Below are positions 22,106 to 36,400 of a stretch of DNA of 64,000 nucleotides, piece by piece. The notes beneath the pieces were generated by a model. It did not search any database and was not told the DNA's origin. It saw only the letters and a program-made list of their open reading frames with translations. Position numbers and translations under genes: made by a program. The number at the start of each line of letters is the position of its first letter. Positions within the stretch are counted from its first letter, which is position 1. This DNA comes from Eledone cirrhosa (Eukaryota), in the NCBI GenBank assembly GCA_964016885.1, contig OZ024748.1, forward strand, positions 41,850,001 to 41,914,000. Reading direction: 5' to 3'.

Positions 22106-25100
22106 CATCATCATCATCATCATATATATAGTTATGTAATAAACAACATAAGACAATTATTCCATTTACCAAAGGTTTCATGAAGACAGACGAGCTCGAC
22201 ACAGACGTCTGTCTTCGTGAAACCTTTGGTAAATGGAATAATTGTCTTATGTTGTTTATTACATAACTAAATAGCTCTGTAGTCTACATAGAGCACTCTC
22301 ATTTCCTTTACCTTTCCTACGGAAACAATATATATATATATGTATATAGAAATGTTCCACCTTACCAGTATCTGGTCTTGTTCTTGGACACGAAGAGATG
22401 ATTTCTCTGTAGTTGAAGAATTTAACAGTTGTATGAGGAGGCTGAGAAGATCATGGTTCTTGTCTTCTAGTTTTGAACTACAAATATATTAACAAGGAGT
22501 CTTCAGGGCAAAATTTAAATTCTCATGTATATATATATATATATATGCGTTTTGTGTGTGTGTGTATGAGTGAATGTGTGTGTGTGAATAAGTCAGTGTG
22601 TGTATGTGAGTGTGTGTACGTGTCTGTCTGTGTGTGTGGTGCGTGCACACATACAAATGTGTTTGTATTTGTTTATAATCCTGTAACTTAGCAGCTCAAT
22701 AAACAGAAATTGATAAAGACAAGTAGTAGACTTTAAAAAAAAACAAGAATAATAAGGACTGGTGTGGGGGGGGGGGGGGAATATAATTAACAAACTTCCT
22801 AATTAAGACTAATGACTGAAAGCTGTTATATATACGGTGTCCCCCAAAAATGTATACACACTTTGATTACCTGTACAGGCCATACCTATTAGAATGCTGT
22901 TAAAGTGTGTATTGATTTATAAAGCCTGTATATGATAGTTACCTTGATCGTAGCTGGCAGAGTATGGCAGCTTTCACAGACGGATGAGACAATAAATAAG
23001 CCAACAGACTCAATATTTTGATGATTTGTAAGGAATTGTTTTTATCATCTTCTTCATCTGTTGTTTCTTTCTCTCCATCTTTTTTCTCATCACCTTTCTC
23101 CTTGTTACTAGACGATGTTATATTATCAACCAACATCTCGTACACACACCTAGAACAAAAGAAAACAATATATATTTGTCCACACTGTAAAGAGGTTGTG
23201 TAGGTGACACAACAAAAAGTACCCATTCCACACTATAAAGTGGTCATGAAGGTGTCACAACAAAAAGTTCCCAGTCCACACTGTAAAGTGGTCATGTAAG
23301 TGACACAACAAAAAGTACCCAGTCCACACTGTAAAGTGGTCATGTAGGTGTCACAACAAACAGTACCCAGTCCACACTGTAAAGTGGTTGTGTAGGTGTC
23401 ACAACAAAAAGTACCCAGTCCACACTATAAAGTGGTCATGTAGGTGTCACAACAAAAAGTTCCCAGTCCACACTGTAAAGTGGTCATGTAAGTGACACAA
23501 CAAAAAGTACCTAGTCCACATTGTAAAGTGGTCAGGTAGGTGTCACAACAAAAAGTACCCAGTCCACACTGTAAAGTGGTCATGTAGGTGTCACAACAAA
23601 AAGTACCTAGTCCACATTGTAAAGCGGTCATGTAGGTGTCACAACAAAAAGTACTGTAAAGTGGTCATGTAGGTGTCACAACAAAAAGCACCAGTCCACA
23701 CTGTAAAGTGGTCATGTAGGTGTCACAACAAACAGTACCCAGTCCACACTGTAAAGTGGTTGTGTAGGTGTCACAACAAAAAGTACCCAGTCCACACTGT
23801 AAAGTGGTTGTGTAGGTGTCACAACAAACAGTACCCAGTCCACACTGTAAAGTGGTTGTGTAGGTGTCACAACAAACAGTATCCAGGCCACACTATAAAG
23901 TGGTCTGTAGGTGACACAACAAAAAGTACCCAGTCCACACTGTAAAGTGGTTGTGTAGGTGTCACAACAAAAATTACCCAGTCCACACTGTAAAGTGGTT
24001 GTGTAGGTGTCACAACAAAAAGTTCCCAGTCCACACTGTAAAGTGGTCATGTAAGTGACACAACAAAAAGTACCTAGTCCACATTGTAAAGTGGTCAGGT
24101 AGGTGTCACAACAAAAAGTACCCAGTCCACACTGTAAAGTGGTCATGTAGGTGTCACAACAAAAAGTACCTAGTCCACATTGTAAAGCGGTCATGTTGGT
24201 GTCACAACAAAAAGTACTGTAAAGTGGTCATGTAGGTTTCACAACAAAAAGCACCAGTCCACACTGTAAAGTGGTCATGTAGGTGTCACAACAAACAGTA
24301 CCCAGTCCACACTGTAAAGTGGTTGTGTAGGTGTCACAACAAAAAGTACCCAGTTCACACTGTAAAGTGGTTGTGTAGGTGTCACAACAAACAGTACCCA
24401 GTCCACACTGTAAAGTGGTTGTGTAGGTGTCACAACAAACAGTACCCAGGCCACACTATAAAGTGGTCTGTAGGTGACACAACAAAAAGTACCCAGTCCA
24501 CACTGTAAAGTGGTTGTGTAGGTGTCACAACAAAAATTACCCAGTCCACACTGTAAAGTGGTTGTGTAGGTGTCACAACAAACAGTACCCAGGCCACACT
24601 ATAAAGTGGTCTGTAGGTGTCACAACAAAAATTACCCAGTCCACACTGTAAAGTGGTTGTGTAGGTGTCACAACAAACAGTACCCAGGCCACACTATAAA
24701 GTGGTCTGTAGGTGTCACAACAAAAATTACCCAGTCCACACTGTAAAGTGGTCATGTAGGTGTCACAACAAAAAGTACCCAGTCCACACTGTAAAGTGGT
24801 TGTGTAGGTGTCATGACAAAAAGCATCCACCCCGGGCAAGGTTGTTTGTGGAAGACCAGCAGTCACCCAAACACACCAGTTTCCCCTTTCAGCACCACCA
24901 ATGTTGTCCGAGGGAAAGTCAAAGGCCGATACAGCTTGGCACCAGTGACGTCGCAACTCATTTCTACAGCTGAATGAACTGGAGCAACGTGAAATAAAGT
25001 GTTTTGCTCAAGGACACAATGCACTACCCGGTCAGAGAATCAAACTCGAACCTCATGATGGTAAGTCCAATGCTCTAACCACTGAGCCATTTGCCTTCAT

Positions 25101-25110
25101 AATATATATG

Positions 25111-25148
<38 letters not shown>

Positions 25149-25701
25149 GAAAGTAAAACAAAGAAGCCTTCAATACATCAAAAGTCTTTATTAGCCAACA
25201 ATGTTTCGTCCTATTAAGGACTCGTCAGGGCAATTCAAACAACAAGAAGTATTATCGGCCAATACAAGCCGAAAACTCCGAAGAATATGGAGTGTACATA
25301 CACTAAAGTATTGCAAGATTATGGGTAAAAATATATAATAAAAATCACTAAGGAGGTGTATAACATTTAGAACCATATTACAAATATAGTCCAAAGCAAA
25401 AAAAAACCTAGAGCTAAACAAAGGTGGTTATATAGAGCGGGAATTATATATAATACTATATAATATAATATAATATACCTGTAACAATATTAAAATTACA
25501 ATAAAAATTAAAAGGTACAATATACATATGTATATATGTACGCACACGTACATCAATACACATATCCATCTTCAACAGCGCAAATTAAACCTTATTACGA
25601 GTTTAAATATAAATAAGCATGATAGGAATAAAAATAATAATAATAATAATAATAATACGTATATCTAATATACATGAGGTAATAATATGATATGATTATA
25701 A

Positions 25702-25739
<38 letters not shown>

Positions 25740-26247
25740 TTCTTGATTTTATTTTGAATTAAGATTGTATTGCTTTTTCCCCAACTTACATAAAGTTTTT
25801 CTTCTTGATTTGTTTTGAATTAAGATTGTATTACTTTTTTTCCCTCATCTTACATTAAATATTTTTTCATCTTGATGGTATAGTCACTTATATGCCTGAA
25901 TTATTGTTGGCATTTTGCTTACATTAATTTTATTTTCATTTATATATATATATATATATACACACACACATACATACACATACATTATCTATATATATAC
26001 ATATATATGCCCCCACCCCCTCCCACTGTAAAGTGGACATGTAGGCGCCACGGAAAAAAAGCACCAGCACTCACTGTAAATGAGGTTGGTGTTAGGAAGG
26101 GCATCCAGCTGTAGAAATCAAGCCAAAATTAGTTCCCGTATGAGCAAGACAAGGTCAGGCGACTGGACACTGCCCACAACAGGACAACCCGTCAAACCCA
26201 TGTTAGCATGAAAGAATGGACGTAAAACAGTGATGATGATGATGATG

Positions 26248-26279
<32 letters not shown>

Positions 26280-27417
26280 ATATACAGTAACTGCATAGCT
26301 ATACTGACTATACACAATTCAACCCCACTGTAATGTGTTAATGTAGAGTTTTACTCACTTTGTAATTATGCAGGCAGACGGTGCAGCTAAATCTGCAATT
26401 TGCCAGCAGACGCGTCTTAATGCTTGCTGCAGTGGAATACAACTGGAAACTGAGGAAATAAAAGACTGACATTTAGAATGGAAGGAGGGGGGGGGGGGTT
26501 ATTTTAATTTGATTTGAAACAGAAAGGTGAATATTTTAAACCAGATTTTACATAAGGCATTTACATAAGGGTATCTTGGTCAGCCTATGAAGGAATGATG
26601 CTAGAGCTAGGAAATCTTGCAGGTATTAATTTCAACTCTTCTTATAAATAACAGCATTGTTTCTTTCCAGAGACTATATTGAAAAATAAACCTCATTTGG
26701 TCATTTCATGAGTATCTTGGTCACCCTATGACCTTTTCATCCAGCCGTTGTATAATGTTTTATTAAGATTACCTGATAATAACTGGATTAATTCATGTAT
26801 ATGTGGTGTAACGGGATGGAGGTGAGCACTCCACAGTTTCCGGTTAGTTACAATCAACGACAGCTCTTCATCAGACAGCGTCTATAATAGAAATCAATTC
26901 ATTATTTTACATCAATTCCAAACTGGCATGGGTTTGACAGATTGTCATGGTCCCTGACAAGACAAATCTAAAAACCAGATCAAATAATGAGAAAGTTAGT
27001 TATATATTAATAAATACTTCGAAATTTCTTGATTATTTTCAAAATCTTCTCACGGGATTTCAAATTTATAAGGAGTATATTTTATTAGAGATAGCGTAAG
27101 AAAAGGGGTTGAATTAACAAGAAAAATGAAATTAAAACAATATAGAACTTACCTCTTTTGTTTGTATTGGTAAAGGTAAAGGCAAGAGTTCTGAGAGCAG
27201 TAGTAAGCCACTAAGGTATCGATATGGTGATGTTGTTGAGTGTTTTAACAATTCTTTGATCATTAATGTCCACAGACTCTGGCTAAGACCTGCAATTAAA
27301 TATTTCACACTATTCATTATTTATCTATACTAGTACATTACCTGTTGTCTTACAGATGGAATAAGTAATTTTCAGTTACTTTACCAACTTATAACTAAAC
27401 TATGTCTGTGGATTCTT

Positions 27418-27494
<77 letters not shown>

Positions 27495-30400
27495 CAGAGC
27501 TACATTTTCTGTCAATTATTATGACACAAGTAAAGAAGCTAAATATAAACCATTGTGTATTGTGTATTGTTGAGAGAGGCTGAGATATTTCAATTTACCT
27601 TCTTCATTCTCTGAAAGTGTTGGTTGTGTGTAAGAGAGGGCTGTGTCTATTATAGTCTTCTGGATCTAGAAAAGAAAAACACAAAAACTGAGAGTGTTAC
27701 CCAGTTTAACCCCTTTTGATCCTATCTGAAACTGATCCTGGTTCTAACATACAAAACAGAGTGGTACCCAGTTTAACCCCTTTTGATCCCATCTGAAACT
27801 TATTCTGATTCTAACATACAATACTGAGAATGGTACCCAGTTTAACCCCTTTTGATCCCACCTGAAACTGACCCTGGTTCTAGCATACAAAGCTGTTCAT
27901 TTTAAACTGTTTATCTAAGAATCTTTATTAAATTAGATTCCAGTTTAATTATGAGAAAGTTAGTTATATTACTAAATCCCTCCAAATTCTTTATTTTCAA
28001 AATGAATTAAAAATCTTAAGCTGTGTTTTTTATTAAAAATATAGTAAAGAAAGGTTCAGAGAGATTCAAGGTGACACAGTGTGTGACAAGGCCTTGTCAC
28101 ACACCTTTAGATTACAGGTAAAACTCATCTGATGGGCTTCCAAACAGTTTCCATCTACCAAATTTCATTCAGAAGGCATGGGCTGACCCCCACACTATGT
28201 TAAATGAGATTTGTCCAAGAAGCCACTCAGCGGGATCAAACCTGGGACCTGATGGTTGCGAAGTGAACTCCTTAACCATTTAGCCATGTTGTGTCCACGC
28301 ACGTCCATCTATAATACAAAAACACCGACTCACCTGTTGGATGTCATTCAGGTAAGGAGCAGTACTAGGTACAGAACAAATGACTGTATGAAGTTCAAAC
28401 AAGACAGGTAAAGCTGTCAGATCTCTAAACTGAAATAAGAAATAAATTTACTAACATTAGCAATGACCATATAAACAGAACTTCATATAACATTCAACTA
28501 TAACTTTCTTTGAAGAAAGCAGAAGTTAAATGATGATGTGTGTATATGTGTAAGTTTTACAGTAGAACTGTAAAACCCTGAGAACAGAAAAGAAATCGAA
28601 ATGTGATAATGTCTTACCTCTGATCCTCTTGACATGATAAGGAATGATAATGTTGTATTGATTATACTTATTGCAGGTTTCACAATTGACAGAACAATGG
28701 ACAGCTGGCTGCTGCTTTGTGGAATTCCTTGTTGCCATGGTCGTTGCATCCTGTCTGCAAGTCTCTGGAGACAACAAAGAAGTATTAGAAAGAAGGTGTT
28801 ATATTTTGGCAAACAGCATCGGGCTTGTCCACCCCACCTCTCTTGTCATACACCACCACCACACCCAACACAGCCTGGCCCAGCTATATGGGGCTGGCCT
28901 TTCCCCACTCTTGTCCTAAATCACCACAACACGCAACACTGCCTTTAACAATTCTTCCAAACCACAGCCCCTTTTGTAAGAAGACAACCTACCTGTAAGA
29001 AGACAACAAACAGACGAAAGCAATCAGCACTCAAGAGTTCAATAATGATATAGCTGTACTTCAGTTCTACAGGTCGTTCTGGAAAATATCAAAGAAAAGT
29101 CATTAGAATATAAACTAAAGATATGAAAGTGTGGCTTAGTGGTTAGAGTGTTGGGTTAGATATGGTGGTGTGGTTTAGTGGTTAGGGTGTTGGGTTAGAT
29201 ATGATATGGTGGTGTGGTTTAGTGGTTAGAGTGTTGGGTTAGATATGGTGGTGTGGTTTAGTGGTTAGGGTGTTGGGTTAGATATGGTGGTGTGGTTTAG
29301 TGGTTAGGGTGTTGGGTTAGATATGGTGGTATAGTTTAGTGGTTAGGGTGTTGGGTTAGATATAGTGGTGTGGTTTAGCGGTTAGGGTGTTGGGTTAGGT
29401 ATGGTGGTGTGGTTTAGTGGTTAGGGTGTTGGGTTAGATATGGTGGTGTGGTTTAGTGGTTAGGGTGTTGGGTTAGATATGGTGGTGTGGTTTAGTGGTT
29501 AGGGTGTTGGGTTAGATATGGTGGTGTGGTTTAGTGGTTAGGGTGTTGGGTTAGGTATGGTGGTGTGGTTTAGTGGTTAGGGTGTTGGGTTAGATATAGT
29601 GGTGTGGTTTAGCGGTTAGGGTGTTGTGGTTTAGTGGTTAGAGTGTTGGGTTACATATGGTGGTATGGTTTAGTGGTTAGGGTGTTGGGTTAGGTATGGT
29701 GGTGTGGTTTAGTGGTTAGGGTGTTGGGTTAGATATGGTGGTGTGGTTTAGTGGTTAGGGTGTTGGGTTAGATATGGTGGTGTGGTTTAGCGGTTAGGGT
29801 GTTGGGTTAGATATGGTGCTGTGGTTTAGTGGTTAGAGTGTTGGGTTAGATATGGTGGTATGGTTTAGTGGTTAGAGTGTTGGGTTAGATATGGTGGTAT
29901 GGTTTAGTGGTTAGGGTGTTGGGTTAGGTATGGTGGTGTGGTTTAGTGGTTAGGGTGTTGGGTTAGATATGGTGGTGTGGTTTAGTGGTTAGGGTGTTGG
30001 GTTAGATATAGTGGTATGGTTTAGTGGTTAGGGTGTTGGGTTAGATATGGTGGTGTGGTTTAGTGGTTAGGGTGTTGGGTTAGGTATGGGCAGTGTGGTT
30101 TAGTGGTTAGGGTGTTGGGTTAGATATGGTGGTGGGGTTTAGTGGTTAGGGTGTTGGGTTAGGTATGGTGGTGTGGTTTAGTGGTTAGGGTGTTGGGTTA
30201 GATATGGTGGTGTGGTTTAGTGGTTAGGGTGTTGGGTTAGATATAGTGGTGTGGTTTAGTGGTTAGGGTGTTAGGATTAGATATGGTGGTGTGGTTTAGT
30301 GGTTAGGGTGTTGGGTTAGATATAGTGGTGTGGTTTAGTAGTTAGGGTGTTGGGTTAGATATAGTGGTGTGGTTTAGTAGTTAGGGTGTTGGGTTAGATA

Positions 30401-33400
30401 TGGTGGTGTGGTTTAGTGGTTAGGGTGTTGGATTAGATATGGTGGTGTGGTTTAGTGGTTAGGGTGTTGGGTTAGATATGGTGATGTGGTTTAGTGGTTA
30501 GGGTGTTGGGTTAGATATGGTGGTGTGGTTTAGTGGTTAGGGTGTTGGATTAGATATGGTGGTGTGGTTTAGTGGTTAGGGTGTTGGGTTAGATATGGTG
30601 ATGTGGTTTAGTGGTTAGGGTGTTGGGTTAGATATGGTGGTGTGGTTTAGTGGTTAGGGTGTTGGGTTAGATATGGTGGTGTGGTTTAGTGGTTAGGGTG
30701 TTGGATTAGATATGGTGGTGTGGTTTAGTGGTTAGGGTGTTGGATTAGATATGGTGGTGTGGTTTAGTGGTTAGGGTGTTGGGTTAGATATGGTGGTGTG
30801 GTTTAGTGGTTAGGGTGTTGGATTAGATATGGTGGTGTGGTTTAGTGGTTAGGGTGTTGGGTTAGATATGGTGGTGTGGTTTAGTGGTTAGGGTGTTGGG
30901 TTAGATATGGTGATGTGGTTTAGTGGTTAGGGTGTTGGGTTAGATATGGTGGTGTGGTTTAGTGGTTAGGGTGTTGGGTTAGATATGGTGATGTGGTTTA
31001 GTGGTTAGGGTGTTGGGTTAGATATGGTGGTGTGGTTTAGTGGTTAGGGTGTTGGATTAGATATGGTGGTGTGGTTTAGTGGTTAGGGTGTTGGGTTAGA
31101 TATGGTGATGTGGTTTAGTGGTTAGGGTGTTGGGTTAGATATGGTGGTGTGGTTTAGTGGTTAGGGTGTTGGGTTAGATATGGTGGTGTGGTTTAGTGGT
31201 TAGGGTGTTGGATTAGATATGGTGGTGTGGTTTAGTGGTTAGGGTGTTGGATTAGATATGGTGGTGTGGTTTAGTGGTTAGGGTGTTGGGTTAGATATGG
31301 TGGTGTGGTTTAGTGGTTAGGGTGTTGGATTAGATATGGTGGTGTGGTTTAGTGGTTAGGGTGTTGGGTTAGATATGGTGGTGTGGTTTAGTGGTTAGGG
31401 TGTTGGGTTAGATATGGTGGTGTGGTTTAGTGGTTAGGGTGTTGGATTAGATATGGTGGTGTGGTTTAGTGGTTAGGGTGTTGGGTTAGATATGGTGGTG
31501 TGGTTTAGTGGTTAGGGTGTTGGGTTAGATATGGTGATGTGGTTTAGTGGTTAGGGTGTTGGGTTAGATATGGTGATGTGGTTTAGTGGTTAGGGTGTTG
31601 GGTTAGATATGGTGGTGTGGTTTAGCGGTTAGGGTGTTGGGTTAGGTATGGTGGTGTGGTTTAGTGGTTAGGGTGTTGGATTAGATATGGTGGTGTGGTT
31701 TAGTGGTTAGGGTGTTGGGTTAGATATGGTGGTGTGGTTTAGTGGTTAGGGTGTTGGGTTAGATATGGTGATGTGGTTTAGTGGTTAGGGTGTTGGGTTA
31801 GATATAGTGGTATGGTTTAGTGGTTAGGGTGTTGGGTTAGATATGGTGATGTGGTTTAGTGGTTAGGGTGTTGGGTTAGATATAGTGGTATGGTTTAGTG
31901 GTTAGGGTGTTGGGTTAGATATGGTGATGTGGTTTAGTGGTTAGGGTGTTGGGTTAGATATGGTGGTGTGGTTTAGCGGTTAGGGTGTTGGGTTAGGTAT
32001 GGTGGTGTGGTTTAGTGGTTAGGGTGTTGGATTAGATATGGTGGTGTGGTTTAGTGGTTAGGGTGTTGGGTTAGATATGGTGGTGTGGTTTAGCGGTTAG
32101 GGTGTTGGGTTAGGTATGGTGGTGTGGTTTAGTGGTTAGGGTGTTGGGTTAGGTATGGGCGGTGTGGTTTAGTGGTTAGGGTGTTGGGTTAGATATAGTG
32201 GTGTGGTTTACTGGTTAGTGTGTTGGGTTAGGTATGGGCGGTGTGGTTTAGTGGTTAGGGTGTTGGGTTAGATATGGTGGTGTGGTTTAGTGGTTAGGGT
32301 GTTGGGTTAGATATGGTGCTGTGGTTTAGTGGTTAGGGTGTTGGGTTAGGTATGGTGGTGTGGTTTAGTGGTTAGGGTGTTAGGTTAGATATAGTGGTGT
32401 GGTTTAGTGGTTAGGGTGTTGGGTTAGATATAGTGGTGTGGTTTAGTGGTTAGGGTGTTGGGTTAGATATGGTGGTGTGATTTAGTGGTTAGGGTGTTGG
32501 GTTAGATATAGTGGTGTGGTTTAGTGGTTAGGGTGTTGGATTAGATATGGTGGTGTGGTTTAGTGGTTAGGGTGTTGGGTTAGATATAGTGGTGTGGCTT
32601 AGTGGTTAGGGTGTTGGGTTAGATATGGTGGTGTGGTTTAGTGGTTAGGGTGTTGGATTAGATATGGTGGTGTGGTTTAGTGGTTAGGGTGTTGGGTTAG
32701 ATATGGTGATGTGGTTTAGTGGTTAGGGTGTTGGATTAGATATGGTGGTGTGGTTTAGTGGTTAGGGTGTTGGGTTAGATATGGTGCTGTGGTTTAGTGG
32801 TTAGGGTGTTGGGTTAGATATGGTGGTGTGGTTTAGTGGTTAGGGTGTTGGGTTAGATATAGTGGTGTGGTTTAGTGGTTAGGGTGTTTGGTTAGGTATG
32901 GTGGTGTGGTTTAGTGGTTCGGGTGTTGGGTTAGCTATGGTGGTGTGGTTTAGTGATTATGGTGTTGGGTTAGATATGGTGGTGTGGTTTAGTGGTTAGG
33001 GTGTTGGGTTAGGTATGGTGGTGTGGTTTAGTGGTTAGGGTGTTGGGTTAGATATGGTGGTGTGGTTTAGTGATTCGGGTGTTGGGTTAGGTATGGTGGT
33101 GTGGTTTAGTGATTATGGTGTTGGGTTAGATATGGTGGTGTGGTTTAGTGATTCGGGTGTTGGGTTAGATATGGTGGTGTGGTTTAGTGATTCGGGTGTT
33201 GGGTTAGGTATGGTGGTGTGGTTTAGTGATTATGGTGTTGGGTTAGATATGGTGGTGTGTTTTAGTGGTTAGGGTGTTGGGTTAGATATGGTGGTGTGGT
33301 TTAGTGGTTAGGGTGTTGGGTTAGATATGGTGGTGTGGTTTAGTGGTTAGGGAGTTGGGTTAGATATGGTGGTGTGGTTATAGTGGTTAGGGTGTTGAGT

Positions 33401-36400
33401 TAGATATAGTGGTATGGTTTAGTGGTTAGAGTGTTGGATTAGATATGGTGGTGTGGTTTAGTGGTTAGGGTGTTGGGTTAGGTATGGTGGTGTGGTTTAG
33501 TGATTCGGGTGTTGGGTTAGGTATGGTGGTGTGGTTTAGTGATTATGGTGTTGGGTTAGATATGGTGGTGTGGTTTAGTGGTTAGGGTGTTGGGTTAGAT
33601 ATGGTGGTGTGGTTTAGTGATTCGGGTGTTGGGTTAGGTATGGTGGTGTGGTTTAGTGATTATGGTGTTGGGTTAGATATGGTGGTGTGTTTTAGTGGTT
33701 AGGGTGTTGGGTTAGATATGGTGGTGTGGTTTAGTGGTTAGGGTGTTGGGTTAGATATGGTGGTGTGGTTTAGTGGTTAGGGAGTTGGGTTAGATATGGT
33801 GGTGTGGTTATAGTGGTTAGGGTGTTGAGTTAGATATAGTGGTATGGTTTAGTGGTTAGAGTGTTGGATTAGATATGGTGGTGTGGTTTAGTGGTTAGGG
33901 TGTTGGGTTAGGTATGGTGGTGTGGTTTAGTGGTTAGGGTGTTGGGTTAGATATGGTGGTGTGGTTTAGTGGTTAGAGTGTTGGATTAGATATGGTGGTG
34001 TGGTTTAGTGGTTAGGGTGTTGGGTTAGATATGGTGGTGTGGTTTAGTGGTTAGGGTGTTGGATTAGATATGGTGGTGTGGTTTAGTGGTTAGGGTGTTG
34101 GGTTAGATATGGTGGTGTGGTTTAGTGGTTAGGGTGTTGGATTAGATATGGTGGTGTGGTTTAGTGGTTAGGGTGTTGGGTTAGATATAGTGGTGTGGTT
34201 TAGTGGTTAGGGTGTTGGGTTAGATATGGTGGTGTGGTTTAGCGGTTAGGGTGTTGGGTTAGATATGGTGCTGTGGTTTAGTGGTTAGAGTGTTGGGTTA
34301 GATATGGTGGTATGGTTTAGTGGTTAGGGTGTTGGGTTAGGTATGGTGGTGTGGTTTAGTGGTTAGGGTGTTGGGTTAGATATGGTGGTGTGGTTTAGTG
34401 GTTAGGGTGTTGGGTTAGATATAGTGGTGTGGTTTAGTGGTTAGGGTGTTGGGTTAGATATGGTGGTGTGGTTTAGTGGTTAGGGTGTTGGGTTAGATAT
34501 AGTGGTGTGGTTTAGTGGTTAGGGTGTTTGGTTAGGTATGGTGGTGTGGTTTAGTGGTTCGGGTGTTGGGTTAGATATAGTGGTGTGGTTTAGTGGTTAG
34601 GGTGTTTGGTTAGGTATGGTGGTGTGGTTTAGTGGTTCGGGTGTTGGGTTAGCTATGGTGGTGTGGCTTAGTGGTTCGGGTGTTGGGTTAGATATGGTGG
34701 TGTGGTTTAGTGGTTAGGGTGTTGGGTTAGGTATGGTGGTGTGGTTTAGTGGTTAGAGTGTTGGGTTAGATATGGTGGTGTGGTTTAGTGGTTAGGGTGT
34801 TGGGTTAGATATGGTGGTGTGGTTATAGTGGTTAGGGTGTTGGGTTAGATATAGTGGTATGGTTTAGTGATTAGGGTGTTGGATTAGATATGGTGGTGTG
34901 GTTTAGTGGTTAGGGTGTTTGGTTAGAAATAGTGGTATGGTTTAGTGGTTAGGGTGTTGGGTTAGATATGGTGGTGTGATTTAGTGGTTAGGGTGTTGGG
35001 TTAGATATAGTGGTATGGTTTAGTGATTAGGGTGTTGGATTAGATATGGTGGTGTGGTTTAGTGGTTAGGGTGTTGGATTAGATATGGTGGTGTGGTTTA
35101 GTGGTTAGGGTGTTGGGTTAGATATGGTGGTGTGGTTATAGTGGTTAGGGTGTTGGGTTAGATATAGTGGTATGGTTTAGTGGTTAGGGTGTTGGGTTAG
35201 ATATGGTGGTGTGGTTTAGTGGTTACTGTGTTGGGTTAGATATGGTGGTGTGGTTTAGTGGTTAGGGTGTTGGGTTAGGTATGGTGGTGTGGTTTACTGG
35301 TTAGGGTGTTGGGTTAGGTATGGGCGGTGTGGTTTAGTGGTTAGGGTGTTGGGTTAGATATGGTGGTGTGGTTTAGCAGTTAGGGTGTTGGGTTAGGTAT
35401 GGTGGTGTGGTTTACTGGTTAGGGTGTTGGGTTAGATATAGTGGTGTGGTTTACTGGTTAGCGTGTTGGGTTAGGTATGGGCAGTGTGGTTTAGTGGTTA
35501 AGGTGTTGGGTTAGGTATGGTGGTGTGGTTTACTGGTTAGGGTGTTGGGTTAGATATAGTGGTGTGGTTTAGTGGTTAGAGTGTTGGGTTAGATATGGTG
35601 GTGTGGTTTAGCGGTTAGGGTGTTGGGTTAGATATGGTGATGTGGTTTACTGGTTAGGGTGTTGGGTTAGATATGGTGGTGTGGTTTAGTGGTTAGGGTG
35701 TTGGGTTAGGTATGGTGGTGTGGTTTACTGGTTAGGGTGTTGGGTTAGATATAGTGGTGTGGTTTACTGGTTAGGGTGTTGGGTTAGGTATGGGCGGTGT
35801 GGTTTAGTGGTTAGGGTGTTGGGTTAGATATAGTGGTGTGGTTTAGTGGTTAGGGTGTTGGGTTAGATATGGTGGTGTGGTTTAGTGGTTAGGGTGTTGG
35901 GTTAGGTATGGTGGTGTGGTTTACTGGTTAGGGTGTTGGGTTAGGTATGGGCGGTGTGGTTTAGTGGTTAGGGTGTTGGGTTAGGTATGGGCAGTGTGGT
36001 TTAGTGGTTAAGGTGTTGGGTTAGGTATGGTGGTGTGGTTTACTGGTTAGGGTGTTGGGTTAGATATAGTGGTGTGGTTTAGTGGTTAGAGTGTTGGGTT
36101 AGATATGGTGGTGTGGTTTAGCGGTTTAGGGTGTTGGGTTAGCTATGGGCAGTGTGGTTTAGTGGTTAGGGTGTTGGGTTAGATATGGTGGTGTGGTTTA
36201 GTGGTTAGGGTGTTGGGTTAGATATGGTGGTGTGGTTTAGTGGTTAGGGTGTTGGGTTAGGTATGGTGGTGTGGTTTAGTGGTTAGGGTGTTGGGTTAGA
36301 TATAGTGGTGTGGTTTAGCGGTTAGGGTGTTGTGGTTTAGTGGTTAGAGTGTTGGGTTACATATGGTGGTATGGTTTAGTGGTTAGGGTGTTGGGTTAGG

